DNA from: Melioribacteraceae bacterium
GTDB taxonomy: Bacteria > Bacteroidota > Ignavibacteria > Ignavibacteriales > Melioribacteraceae
Direction of reading: 5' to 3'
Assembly: GCA_026983795.1 (NCBI GenBank)
Contig: JALSTI010000058.1
Span: 10,092-74,091 of the forward strand
Length of the DNA stretch: 64,000 nucleotides
Part shown: in pieces, positions 1-9,442 of the stretch
How the letters are laid out: each line of letters begins with the position of its first letter
Position numbering within the stretch: position 1 is the first letter of the stretch
The notes under the pieces: model-generated
Told to the model about the DNA's origin: nothing
Seen by the model: the letters and a program-made list of their open reading frames with translations, nothing else
The model's database searches: none
Made by a program: the position numbers and the translations under genes

Positions 1-1653
1 TAATCTTTTGCATTGTAGAAGACATTGAATTATCGGGATTAACCAAAACAGCGGGACTGTCTAACAATCTGCCGGATTCTTTCACCTCAGTAATTCTGTC
101 TCCTAAAATATCTTTAATTTTAGCCATTAAACTTGAAAAGTGTTTTTCATCATCCTTGGATAATTTTTCTTTTTCTTTTATATTTTCGTCAACATCTTCC
201 ATTTTGCTTATTTTCTTAATATCCGCTTGATCAACCGATTTAAATTCAAAATCTTTATATTTTAATAAAGATGTTAGTGCAAATTCGTCTAACGGATCAA
301 ATAAATAGAGCACCTCAATTCCTTTACGCTTAAAAATTTCGAGGTGCGGATCCAGTTCAATTGCAGCGCGGCTATTACCCAGAATAAAATAAATTTCTTT
401 CTGTTTCTTTTTCATTCTAGATATATAATCATCTAAAGATATAAGTTCTTTTTCATCTTTGCATGAGGAAGAATTAAATCTTAACAATTTGGAATACTTT
501 TCTTGATTTGCATAATCCGAATAACCGAGTTTAAATATTTTACCGTGAGCTTCCCAAAATTGTTTATATTTCCCGGGTTCTTTTTCAGCCATTTTGGAAA
601 GGAAAGATAATACCTGTGAAGTTACGCTGTTAGCTATTTTATTAAAGATTATGTCTTCTTGTAACGTTTCCCTGGAAATATTTAACGGTAAATCCTCAGA
701 ATCTACAACGCCTTTTATAAAGCTTAAATATTCGGGTAATAAATCTTTATTTTTATGCTGAATTAAAACACGGCGCACGTATAAATCCAACCCGTAATCT
801 TCTCTGTTTAGTCCCCAAAAATCCAAATTTCTTTTAGGAATGAAAAGCAAAGCGCTAAATTGGATAGGTGCGTCTACCGAACTGTGAATAATATCGAGCG
901 GTTCTTCGGTATCGTAAGTCAGGAATTTGTAAAATTCCACATATTGTTCTTTTTTTATTGAAGATTTCGGTTCCCTCCACAAAGCTTTAATTGTATTTAC
1001 GGTTTCGTTTTCAATTTTAATTGGGAACGAAATAAAACTTGAATGTTTTTTTACAATAGATTCAAGTCTGTATTTTTCGGTATATTCTTTCATATCATCT
1101 TTCAAATGAATTTCGACAATTGTTCCCCTTTTCATTTCTTCTTTCAACGGTTTAACCGTATAACCGCCCATTCCGTCGGATTCCCATTGCATTGGGGGCT
1201 CGTCTTTTAAATAAGACTTGGTTTTCACAACGACTTTTTTTGCAACCATAAAAACCGAATAAAATCCGATACCAAATCTGCCAATTATGTTATTCACATT
1301 TTCTTTGCTTTCGGAAAGTGCTTTTAAAAATTCTTCCGAACCGGATTTTGCTATTGTTCCGAGATTATTAATAAGTTCGTCCCGCGTCATTCCAATACCG
1401 GCATCTTTTACAAAAAGCAAATTTTTATCTTTATCCGCCCAAATATTAATTTCCAAAGGTAAATCTTTATCAACATAATCCGTCCCTTTCGTAGATTCGA
1501 ATTTCAATTTATCCATTGCATCGGATGCGTTGGAAATCAATTCCCTTAAAAATATTTCTTTATGAGTATAAAGCGAATGAACAAGTATATCAAGTAACTT
1601 TTTAGTTTCGGCTTTAAATTGTCTTTTGGTCTCTTTTTCTTTTGTCTCAACCA
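1..1653 (-). CDS. htpG: Molecular chaperone HtpG (Hsp90 family); C-terminal part lies outside the window
   Basis: This gene is absent from the ORF track because it runs off the window edge. My translation from the ATG at 1653-1651 gives MVETKEKETKRQFKAETKKLLDILVHSLYTHKEIFLRELISNASDAMDKLKF...IGRFGIGFYSVFMV, the GHKL ATPase N-terminus of HtpG. A GGAGGAG Shine-Dalgarno lies at 1656-1662. Confidence 0.9.
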
Positions 1654-1786
1654 TATCTCCTCCGTATGTTATTATAAATTCAATCTAATTTAATTTGATG
1701 GAAAAAATTAGTAATAGATTCAAAATTTCCAATACAAAAATATTAATCATTTTTAAAAAAATTCAACAGATTCCTGAAACTGGGAT

Positions 1787-2584
1787 TCACACCATCATCT
1801 TTATTATTACAGCGATAATAAAAGTTGCAAATATTTTTTTTAATTTATAAGCGGAAATTGATTTTATTACCATCGCCCCGAAATTGGAACCGATAATGGA
1901 GCCCAAACCCAATGTTAATCCTGCAATTAAATTTATATATCCCAGTTGCATAGCGGAATTAAAAGAAGATGGATGGAGCATTCCGTAACTAAGGGTTGAA
2001 CTAAACATGGTAATAGAAACTACCAATGTGGAAGTTCCTATAGCTCTTTTAATATTAAGGGAATAGAAATAAGTTAATAACGGCACAATAATAATTCCCG
2101 CGCCCAAACCGCTTACAGCCGGAATAGCGCCAATAACTAATCCGAATAAAAATAAATATTCGGGTTGTATTGATTTAACACGCTTAACTTCATCGTCTTT
2201 CTCAAAAAGAATTTTAAGGGCAACAAGAATTAAGAAAGTTGCTAAAATAATTTTGAGCGCTTGCGAATTTAATGAAATAACAAAGCGAGGAACAATTATA
2301 GCGGAAATAAAACTTCCGGATGCCATCAATAATGATTTTTTAATTTCCACGTTGTGAATTTTGTAATGCTGATAAAAAGCGCTTGCCGAAGAAATACTTC
2401 CGGCAAATAGAGATGTGGCAATAACAATATGAATAAGATATTCCGGAGGGACGCCTATGGCAGGTAATAAAAAAGTTAATGCCGGTACAAATATTAATCC
2501 CCCGCCAATACCTAACAGACTGGAAGCGCTTCCGGTAATAATTCCGATTAAAAGAAACAATAAATATACAATTAATTCATTCAC
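1787..2584 (-). CDS. TauE/SafE (TSUP, DUF81) family anion-export membrane protein
   Basis: The 265-aa ORF is a multi-span hydrophobic protein. It has the duplicated Gly-rich helices of the family: LLGIGGGLIFVPAL in the N-terminal half and VSGLGAGIIIVPLL in the C-terminal half. Confidence 0.8.
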   Translation of the reverse strand: MNELIVYLLFLLIGIITGSASSLLGIGGGLIFVPALTFLLPAIGVPPEYLIHIVIATSLFAGSISSASAFYQHYKIHNVEIKKSLLMASGSFISAIIVPRFVISLNSQALKIILATFLILVALKILFEKDDEVKRVKSIQPEYLFLFGLVIGAIPAVSGLGAGIIIVPLLTYFYSLNIKRAIGTSTLVVSITMFSSTLSYGMLHPSSFNSAMQLGYINLIAGLTLGLGSIIGSNFGAMVIKSISAYKLKKIFATFIIAVIIKMMV

Positions 2585-4217
2585 TCAACGCCAGCAACCG
2601 GTTATATTCTTTCTGATTGTTCAGAATATCCACAGCGGTTATAAATTGTTTATCGTACTTTAATGATTCGGTAATTCTTCCTTTTCTTCCGTTTATTCTT
2701 GCGGCTAATTCTTTTGCAATTTCATTTAGAATTTTAGCGGAATTTCTTTTCATCTCTTCATGTTTTACTTTTTGAAATTTTTCATCCAATATTTTAAGAT
2801 CACTAATCACATTGGAATCATAATTTTTGGTTTTTACTACATCCGTTAATTCCGCCAATATTTTTTCCGCTTTTGACGTAAAGTTTAACTTTTGTTTATC
2901 TAAGTATTTAACAAATTGAGAAAATATTTTTTCCGAATGTATCCCGTTTAAATTTACGTTAGGATGCGTATTATAATAAAAAGAAGCAAACTTAAAAAAC
3001 ATTCCCCTTGCAAGTAAAAATTTAATTTGCTCGGAATCCGTTTCATCCGAAACCAAAGAATCGGGTTTTATACCGCCGTTACTATAAACAATTCTATTAT
3101 GATCGGTACTAAAAGATTTTCTTTTGTCAAGCGAACTATCAACAAAAACTTCATTATTCGAATAATCAATTTTTTGGATACATCTGCCGCTGGGAGTATA
3201 ATATTTAGCGGTTGTAATTTTAAGCGAAGTATTAAATGATAGCGGTACGACAGATTGGACAAGTCCTTTTCCAAACGAATTAGTTCCTACAATCACGCCT
3301 CTATCATGGTCTTGAATTGAACCGGCTAAAATTTCCGAAGCGCTGGCGGACCCTCCGTCGATTAACACCGCAAGCTTTGCGTTACCGGCAACCGGCACTT
3401 CTTTCGAAAAATATTTTTGAATTCTATTAGGGTCTCTTCCGATAACCGAAACAATAAGCTTGCCTTTGCCCAAAAATTTTTCGGCAACATCCACCGCCGC
3501 ATCAAGCAGTCCGCCAGGATTACCGCGCAAATCTAAAATTATAGATTTTACTTTTTTTTCTTTTTCCAAACTTTGCACCGCTTTTTTCATTTCGTAACCT
3601 GCGCTGCGTGTAAAACCGCTAAGTTTTATATAAGCATTATTAGAATTTTTAGGAACAAAACCGTAGTAACTGATATTTTTAATCTCAATTTCTTCACTCA
3701 CCAAATCAAAAATCAAATTATCGTCAACACCTTCGCGTTTTACAGTAACAACAACCTCCGAGCCGGCTGGTTTTTTAAGGTAAGTACCTAATTTATTGTA
3801 ATTATCTTTATTAATTGGAATAGAGTCAACTTTTAATATAACATCGCCTATTCTTATACCTTGGCGCTGTGCCGAATATCCTTCAATCAAATCTACTATT
3901 GTAACCTTACCGTTTTTTATGCCCACCGTTGCACCGATTCCGCCATATTTACCCGTTGTAATCAGATCAATATCCTTCTGTTGATTTTCATCGATATAAA
4001 CGGTGTAAGGGTCGAGCGAAGAAAGCATTCCTCTAATTCCGGCAATCATAAATTCTTTAGGATTGATTTCATCCACATAATTCAAGACCACTTCTTTATA
4101 AACTTTCCCGAAAATGTCTATCGATTTTGATATTTCAAAATAAATATCGCTTGTACGCGTAACAAAACCGAATAAAAATATCGTTAATAGTAATCCTGTA
4201 TATTTAACATATTTCAT
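2577..4217 (-). CDS. S41 family carboxyl-terminal processing peptidase with PDZ domain
   Basis: The 546-aa ORF has an N-terminal signal anchor and a PDZ-like segment (GGIGATVG...IGDVILKVD). The S41 core is present: RGNPGGLL, GGSASASEILAG (Ser nucleophile) and FGKGLVQ (Lys). Confidence 0.85.
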   Translation of the reverse strand: MKYVKYTGLLLTIFLFGFVTRTSDIYFEISKSIDIFGKVYKEVVLNYVDEINPKEFMIAGIRGMLSSLDPYTVYIDENQQKDIDLITTGKYGGIGATVGIKNGKVTIVDLIEGYSAQRQGIRIGDVILKVDSIPINKDNYNKLGTYLKKPAGSEVVVTVKREGVDDNLIFDLVSEEIEIKNISYYGFVPKNSNNAYIKLSGFTRSAGYEMKKAVQSLEKEKKVKSIILDLRGNPGGLLDAAVDVAEKFLGKGKLIVSVIGRDPNRIQKYFSKEVPVAGNAKLAVLIDGGSASASEILAGSIQDHDRGVIVGTNSFGKGLVQSVVPLSFNTSLKITTAKYYTPSGRCIQKIDYSNNEVFVDSSLDKRKSFSTDHNRIVYSNGGIKPDSLVSDETDSEQIKFLLARGMFFKFASFYYNTHPNVNLNGIHSEKIFSQFVKYLDKQKLNFTSKAEKILAELTDVVKTKNYDSNVISDLKILDEKFQKVKHEEMKRNSAKILNEIAKELAARINGRKGRITESLKYDKQFITAVDILNNQKEYNRLLALSE

Positions 4218-4220
4218 TTG

Positions 4221-4844
4221 TTAACTTCCTATATTTTCCAACTTATTTATTTCATTAATTATTTGTTTATGAATTTCTTCAATTGAGTTTAAACCGTTTA
4301 TTATTTTAAAGCGTTTTTCCTTCTCTGCAATTTTCAGATAGCCCATTCTAACATCTTCGTAAAATTTATTTTTCGATATTTCAATTCTATCTAGCTGTTG
4401 CTGAGTTAATTTCCGTTTTCTTTTATTCACCTCTTGCACAGGAATGTCTAGAAAAAAAGTAATATCAGGTTCCGCTCCTTTAATAGCAAAATTCTGAAGC
4501 GGAATAACAAAATCCAAGTCAATTCCCCGCCCATAACCTTGATAAGCTATAGACGAGTCGTGAAACCTGTCTGAAATAACAAAAGTTCCTTTCTCAATTG
4601 ACGGAATTATAATTTGCTTTACCAATTGTACTCTGCTTGCGGTAAACAGCAACAATTCGGTAAGGGGAATCATTTCATTATTATCGCGGTCTAATAACAA
4701 GTCTCTTATTTTTTCGGAAATTTTAGTACCGCCCGGTTCTCTTATAATTTTAACCGCTTTGTTCCGTTTAATTAAGTACTCTTTTAATAATTCTACTTGT
4801 GTGGATTTGCCGCAAAAATCCAATCCTTCGAAAGTTATAAACAT
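4221..4844 (-). CDS. tmk: Thymidylate (dTMP) kinase
   Basis: The 207-aa ORF has the P-loop FITFEGLDFCGKSTQ, the DRF motif (SDRFHDSSIAYQG) and a typical length. Confidence 0.92.
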   Translation of the reverse strand: MFITFEGLDFCGKSTQVELLKEYLIKRNKAVKIIREPGGTKISEKIRDLLLDRDNNEMIPLTELLLFTASRVQLVKQIIIPSIEKGTFVISDRFHDSSIAYQGYGRGIDLDFVIPLQNFAIKGAEPDITFFLDIPVQEVNKRKRKLTQQQLDRIEISKNKFYEDVRMGYLKIAEKEKRFKIINGLNSIEEIHKQIINEINKLENIGS

Positions 4845-4845
4845 G

Positions 4846-5757
4846 TTAATATCTTTTAATTATGTAGTCTAATCTTTTTGGTTTTATATCAACCAATTTT
4901 GTTTTAGGAGGGATTTTAACTTTAGGTTCAATTGCACCGACAGTATCCCTTAAAGCTTGCACAAAATTTACATAAGCTTTAATATCATTCTCATTTAATT
5001 TACTTAAAATTTTAATTCCGCCTCGCAAAACGACTCTAATTTTATTCGGAGTTAATACAAGTTGTTCGTTGGCAGGAACGCCAACGGTTTGAACCGGTAC
5101 ATTTTCTAACGTTTTATCCACAATTTTTTGAACATCAAGCGTAATTTTACATTTATCAACGTTATAATTGATAAAGGGAATTTTCTCTAAGTTAATTACT
5201 TCGGAAACCGAATCATCGAGTCCTTCAAAAACTCTTAATTCCGTTTTAACAAGCGAAATATTTTTTACTTTACTTTTAGGTCCGATAACCACAATGGAAT
5301 CCGGTTCCACTTTTATATTGGAAACCAATCCATAACCGGGTTTAAAATTAAATGTTACAATGGGAATTACTTCTACCTTTTTACTTCTGACTTGTTCAAT
5401 TGTAAAGCTGACCGTTTGAGGCGAAGTTTCTACAATTTGAAGCGTTGAAGAAATCCAAGGATTATTTTCAAGTTCATTACGAATAGAAACGGTTTGATGT
5501 TTTCTTTTTCCTTTGCAATAAATATAAAATTTGGGATTTCGTCCAACTGTATGTTGTGCAAGCTGCCAGCCTTGTCCTTTAATACCCAATGAAACCGTAG
5601 TTGCCGAATAGGAACTAAGCGCATATCCTTCGGGAATGTTTTTAAATTCAATAGGTAATCTTAAATTGATTGTATAATCACCCGAGAACGAAACATATAC
5701 CCAAAGCAGTGTGGAAAAGATAACGATCAGTATTATTGGAATAATTTTCTTTTTCAT
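4846..5757 (-). CDS. YbbR/CdaR-like domain protein (membrane-anchored)
   Basis: The 303-aa ORF has an N-terminal TM helix (IIPIILIVIFSTLLWVYV) followed by repeated beta-rich modules, as in YbbR-domain proteins. No diadenylate cyclase gene is adjacent. The assignment rests on overall pattern only. Confidence 0.55.
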   Translation of the reverse strand: MKKKIIPIILIVIFSTLLWVYVSFSGDYTINLRLPIEFKNIPEGYALSSYSATTVSLGIKGQGWQLAQHTVGRNPKFYIYCKGKRKHQTVSIRNELENNPWISSTLQIVETSPQTVSFTIEQVRSKKVEVIPIVTFNFKPGYGLVSNIKVEPDSIVVIGPKSKVKNISLVKTELRVFEGLDDSVSEVINLEKIPFINYNVDKCKITLDVQKIVDKTLENVPVQTVGVPANEQLVLTPNKIRVVLRGGIKILSKLNENDIKAYVNFVQALRDTVGAIEPKVKIPPKTKLVDIKPKRLDYIIKRY

Positions 5758-5770
5758 ATCTTTTAAATAT

Positions 5771-5796
5771 AAAAAAACTCCACGAGTAGTGGAGTT
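5771..5796 (-). terminator. Rho-independent terminator downstream of the BMC shell gene pair
   Basis: The minus strand reads AACTCCAC-TACTC-GTGGAGTT followed by TTTTTATATTT. That is an 8-bp stem, a 5-nt loop and a T-run, starting 27 nt after the stop at 5823. Confidence 0.8.
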
Positions 5797-5822
5797 CTAA
5801 AATACATTTTGACAAGTAATTT

Positions 5823-6425
5823 TTACCTCATACTTTTAAAGAATTCCAGCAATTGAGATCTGTTAGCTTTAGAAATTTGCCGACCGAAAATTGGGAAATT
5901 CTCAGTTGCCCTGGCTAAACGTCTTAATTGATGAACATTCATCTTTGCTAACTCAGCATCGGATGGAATTCCGGAAGATTCAGAAGTTTCCGTTTCTCTT
6001 TCGCCGGTCGATTCTTCGCTTTCGTCAATTTTTTTACTTTCTTCTTGTATGGATTCAACATGTTTCAGTTGTTCGGAAACTGCGGGTTTACCGGAAATTT
6101 CACTTTTCTTTTTTACTTGAGGTTTCTGCGCCTTGTCTTTTACTGTTTGTGCAACTTTATCAATTACTATTTGATCAATTTGATCGTCCGGTCTTGGTAT
6201 TACATGCGCGGAAACCAATTCTCCTACTCTTTGAGCGGCTGCGGTTCCGGCATCAACAGCGGCTTTTACTGCAGCCACCTCGCCAACAACTTTAACCAGC
6301 ATTAATGCTCCCGTAACCTTTTCCTTGCCAATTAATTGCACTTCTGCAGCTTTTGTCATTGCGTCGGCAGCTTCTATTGCTCCAACCAATCCTTTGGTCT
6401 CTATAAGACCTAGCGCTAAGTTCAT
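5823..6425 (-). CDS. BMC-H (Pfam PF00936-type) microcompartment shell protein with a ~115-aa non-BMC C-terminal extension
   Basis: Residues 1-85 ([37 protein letters not shown]...ELVSAHVIPRP) form a canonical single BMC domain with the D-x-x-x-K edge motif. The remainder is a Lys-rich segment, then an acidic S/E/T-rich linker, then a helical tail (AELAKMNVHQLRRLARATENFPIFGRQISKANRSQLLEFF). Confidence 0.85.
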   Translation of the reverse strand: MNLALGLIETKGLVGAIEAADAMTKAAEVQLIGKEKVTGALMLVKVVGEVAAVKAAVDAGTAAAQRVGELVSAHVIPRPDDQIDQIVIDKVAQTVKDKAQKPQVKKKSEISGKPAVSEQLKHVESIQEESKKIDESEESTGERETETSESSGIPSDAELAKMNVHQLRRLARATENFPIFGRQISKANRSQLLEFFKSMR

Positions 6426-6440
6426 AATAATAGACTAAAA

Positions 6441-6722
6441 TTATTTGCTTCTTTTAGGTAAAATTAATTCCACATCCGAATGAGGTCTTGGAATTACATG
6501 AACCGAAACCAATTCACCGACACGCTGTGCTGCGGCTGCACCGGCATCTGTAGCAGCTTTAACAGCGCCAACATCACCGCGAACCATAACGGTAACATAA
6601 CCGCCGCCAATTGTTTCTTTACCAATTAACTCAACTTTTGCAGCTTTAACCATAGCATCAGCCGCTTCAATTGAACCAACCAAACCTTTGGTTTCAATCA
6701 TTCCTAATGCGTCAAGTGTCAT
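6441..6722 (-). CDS. BMC-H (Pfam PF00936-type) microcompartment shell protein
   Basis: [80 protein letters not shown] is a textbook BMC hexamer domain. The track ORF starts at a TTG at 6734. I prefer the ATG at 6722 because GGGAG lies 5 nt upstream of it. Confidence 0.88.
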   Translation of the reverse strand: MTLDALGMIETKGLVGSIEAADAMVKAAKVELIGKETIGGGYVTVMVRGDVGAVKAATDAGAAAAQRVGELVSVHVIPRPHSDVELILPKRSK

Positions 6723-6755
6723 ATGTGCTCCCAAATTTGGTTTAAATACTTTGTG

Positions 6756-6784
6756 AAAATAGCTTATAAAGATAAAAATGTCAA
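6756..6784 (-). promoter_or_regulatory. Candidate sigma70-type promoter for the BMC shell gene pair
   Basis: The minus strand reads TTGACA, a 17-nt spacer (tttttatctttataagc), then TATTTT. The element ends 33 nt upstream of the ATG at 6722. This is a pattern match only, and the promoter consensus of this lineage is unknown to me. Confidence 0.4.
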
Positions 6785-6802
6785 ATTATAAATTCATTAG
6801 TT

Positions 6803-7231
6803 TTAGTTTTGTTCATTTAAAAAGTCTTCTAAAATTACCGCTGCGGCATATTTATCGATTAATTCTTTATTTTTTCTTTTCTTCTTTGATTTAACCGATT
6901 CTAAAATTTTTTCTTTTGCAATCGCCGAGGAATATCTTTCATCGAATAAAATTACCGGAATATTGGTTTTACTTTCAAATTTCAGCTTAAATTTATCCAC
7001 TAGCTGGGTACTCGTAGATTTTTCCCCGTTTTCTTTAAGCGGGTAACCAAGTATAATTTTTTCAATTTCGTACTCTTCAATTATTTTTAATATCGATTTA
7101 ATTAAATTATTATCGTTTTTTAAAGTAACCAAGGGATACGAAAATATTCCAAGCGGATCGGAAATTGCTATTCCAACCCGTACATGTCCATAATCAATAG
7201 CTAAAATTCTTTTTTTCGGTTTCAGAGTCAT
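6803..7231 (-). CDS. ruvX: Holliday junction resolvase-like / pre-16S rRNA nuclease RuvX (YqgF)
   Basis: YqgF signature ILAIDYGHVRVGIAISD is present, along with ...ILFDERYSSAIAKE. I place the start at the internal ATG 7231 (MTLKPKK...). The longer track ORF (to 7297) would overlap rel by 62 nt. Confidence 0.85.
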   Translation of the reverse strand: MTLKPKKRILAIDYGHVRVGIAISDPLGIFSYPLVTLKNDNNLIKSILKIIEEYEIEKIILGYPLKENGEKSTSTQLVDKFKLKFESKTNIPVILFDERYSSAIAKEKILESVKSKKKRKNKELIDKYAAAVILEDFLNEQN

Positions 7232-7235
7232 TTGA

Positions 7236-9407
7236 TTAATTTGCAGATTCAAATCTTCTTGCGCTAAATATTCCTTTATTTTTGCGCAAACGTTCAAGGA
7301 GTCTATTTAAATGCTCCAAATCTTCCACATAAACGGTTATTTGCCCTTCAAATTGTGAATCGTAAGTATTAATATTAACCGACTTGATATTAGTATCTTT
7401 GAATGTAGTAATGCTATTAGAAATATCCTTTAAAATTCCCGGTTTATCTTCGCCCAAAATAGTAATACCTGCAACAAACAATTTACCGTTGGTATGCGGC
7501 CAATCAACAGGGACCAATCTATCTTCGTTTTTTTCGGCCATTTGAATTAAGTTGGAGCAATTCTTTCTGTGAATTTTAATTCCTTCTCCAATTGTCACAT
7601 ATCCAACAATGGGATCACCGGGAATTGGGTTACAACATTTGGCAAAACTGTAGGAAATTCCTTTGTGCTCCCCTTCTACCAATACACCGCCAGAACCGTC
7701 GCGGGCAATTTTAATAAAATTATCGAATTTCAGTTCGTTTGTTTGGGTTGGTTCGGCAGGCGCAGGAGGATTAAGAATCGATTCCAAATCAACTTTATCT
7801 TGAGCAATAGCCGAATAAAAAGCCGATGTATTTTCGAACTTAAGTTTTCTAATTAATTTTTGAATATCATCTTGATTAAAAGTAAGTTTCAATTTTTTAA
7901 TTTTTTTCTGCCAAATTTGTTTTCCGGCTTCAACAATTCTATCTTCTTCGCGTTTAAGGTATTTTCTGATGTTAGATTTTGCTTTATGTGTTTGAACAAA
8001 CTGTAGCCAGCTTTTATTAGGATGTTGATTTTTAGATGTAATAATTTCAACCCTGTCACCGCTATGCAAAATTGTATTAAGAGGAACAATCTTTCCGTTC
8101 ACTTTAGCGCCGATGCAATGAAAACCAACTCTGCTATGAATTTCGAAAGCAAAATCAACGGGTGTGGAATTTATAGGAAGTCTTTTTAAATCGCCTTTAG
8201 GAGTAAACACATAAATTTCATCTTGATATAAATTAAGTTTAAAACTTGCAATTATTTCTTTTGTTGCTTCGTCTTTTGAAGCTGTTTCAAAAATATCCCT
8301 AATCCAATTGACCCATTCTTCTAAATCTTTATCGCTTGTAACCAAATTTTCTTTGTATTTCCAATGTGCCGCAACACCGCGTTCAGCTATTTCGTGCATT
8401 TTACGTGTTCGTATTTGAATCTCCACCATCCTGCCGTCGGGTCCGATTACCGTATTATGAATTGATTGGTAATTATTCTTTTTGGGAATAGAAATAAAAT
8501 CTTTAAACCTATCAGGAATAGGAGTAAACAATTGATTGATAATACCCAAAACATAAAAACACTCATTATTATCATCATTTTCCAAAATTATTCTAATTGC
8601 AAGTAAATCGTAAATATCTTCCAGAGGCTTATTTTGCTTTATCATTTTTCTGTAAATGCTGTAAAAATGTTTCGGTCGACCACTAATTTCAAATTTCAGA
8701 TCATGTTCTTTCAATCTTTCTGCAATGGGCTGTGTAATTTTTTTAATATACTTTTCGCGTTCTTCCCGTGTTTCGTTTAATTTTTTTGCAATTTGGCTAT
8801 ATGCTTCGGGATTCAAAAATTTGAACGCAAGGTCTTCCATTTCCCATTTTATTCGCGCAAGACCGAACCTGTGGGCAAACGGAGCATAAATTTCAAGCGT
8901 TTCTTTAGCAATTCTTCTTTGCTTATGCGGAGGGACAAATTCCAATGTACGCATATTGTGTAACCGATCAGCAAATTTAACCAATATTACCCTTACATCT
9001 TTAATCATTGACAAAAGCATCTTTCTATAATTTTCAGCTTGAGTAATATTTTGCCCTCTAAATACACCGCCTATTTTTGTAACACCGTCAACAATTTCGG
9101 CCACTTCTTTTCCGAATTCTTGAACAATAAAATCCAAACTGATATCGGTATCTTCCACAACATCGTGCAGCAAAGCACTAACGACCGAAATATCATCCAA
9201 AGGCATTTCTTCGGCAACTATTTTGGCAACTTGAACGGGATGAACAAAATATGGTTCCCCCGAAGCCCGGAAATCGTTCTTGTGTGCTCCGTAGCTTAGT
9301 TGAAAGGCTTTGGTTATTAGGTCTTCATCAACACTAACCAAATTTTTTCTGCACGACTCTAATAACTGCTCTAACAATTGGTTATATTTCGGGTTAAGTA
9401 TTTCCAT
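7236..9407 (-). CDS. rel: Bifunctional (p)ppGpp synthetase/hydrolase, RelA/SpoT family
   Basis: The 723-aa ORF has the HD hydrolase motif (FVHPVQVAKI...LLHDVVEDT) and the synthetase core (YQSIHNTVIGPDGRMVEIQIRT). A TGS domain (IYVFTPKGDLKRLP) and a C-terminal ACT-like domain follow. Confidence 0.93.
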   Translation of the reverse strand: MEILNPKYNQLLEQLLESCRKNLVSVDEDLITKAFQLSYGAHKNDFRASGEPYFVHPVQVAKIVAEEMPLDDISVVSALLHDVVEDTDISLDFIVQEFGKEVAEIVDGVTKIGGVFRGQNITQAENYRKMLLSMIKDVRVILVKFADRLHNMRTLEFVPPHKQRRIAKETLEIYAPFAHRFGLARIKWEMEDLAFKFLNPEAYSQIAKKLNETREEREKYIKKITQPIAERLKEHDLKFEISGRPKHFYSIYRKMIKQNKPLEDIYDLLAIRIILENDDNNECFYVLGIINQLFTPIPDRFKDFISIPKKNNYQSIHNTVIGPDGRMVEIQIRTRKMHEIAERGVAAHWKYKENLVTSDKDLEEWVNWIRDIFETASKDEATKEIIASFKLNLYQDEIYVFTPKGDLKRLPINSTPVDFAFEIHSRVGFHCIGAKVNGKIVPLNTILHSGDRVEIITSKNQHPNKSWLQFVQTHKAKSNIRKYLKREEDRIVEAGKQIWQKKIKKLKLTFNQDDIQKLIRKLKFENTSAFYSAIAQDKVDLESILNPPAPAEPTQTNELKFDNFIKIARDGSGGVLVEGEHKGISYSFAKCCNPIPGDPIVGYVTIGEGIKIHRKNCSNLIQMAEKNEDRLVPVDWPHTNGKLFVAGITILGEDKPGILKDISNSITTFKDTNIKSVNINTYDSQFEGQITVYVEDLEHLNRLLERLRKNKGIFSARRFESAN

Positions 9408-9442
9408 TCCAATAAGTAATTAAACTAATATTTATTATAGTA

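Noticed and set aside
1654-1786. A heat-shock operator (CIRCE, TTAGCACTC-N9-GAGTGCTAA) or other control element upstream of htpG.
   Set aside because: No CIRCE-like inverted repeat or other clear palindrome is present in the 133-bp spacer.
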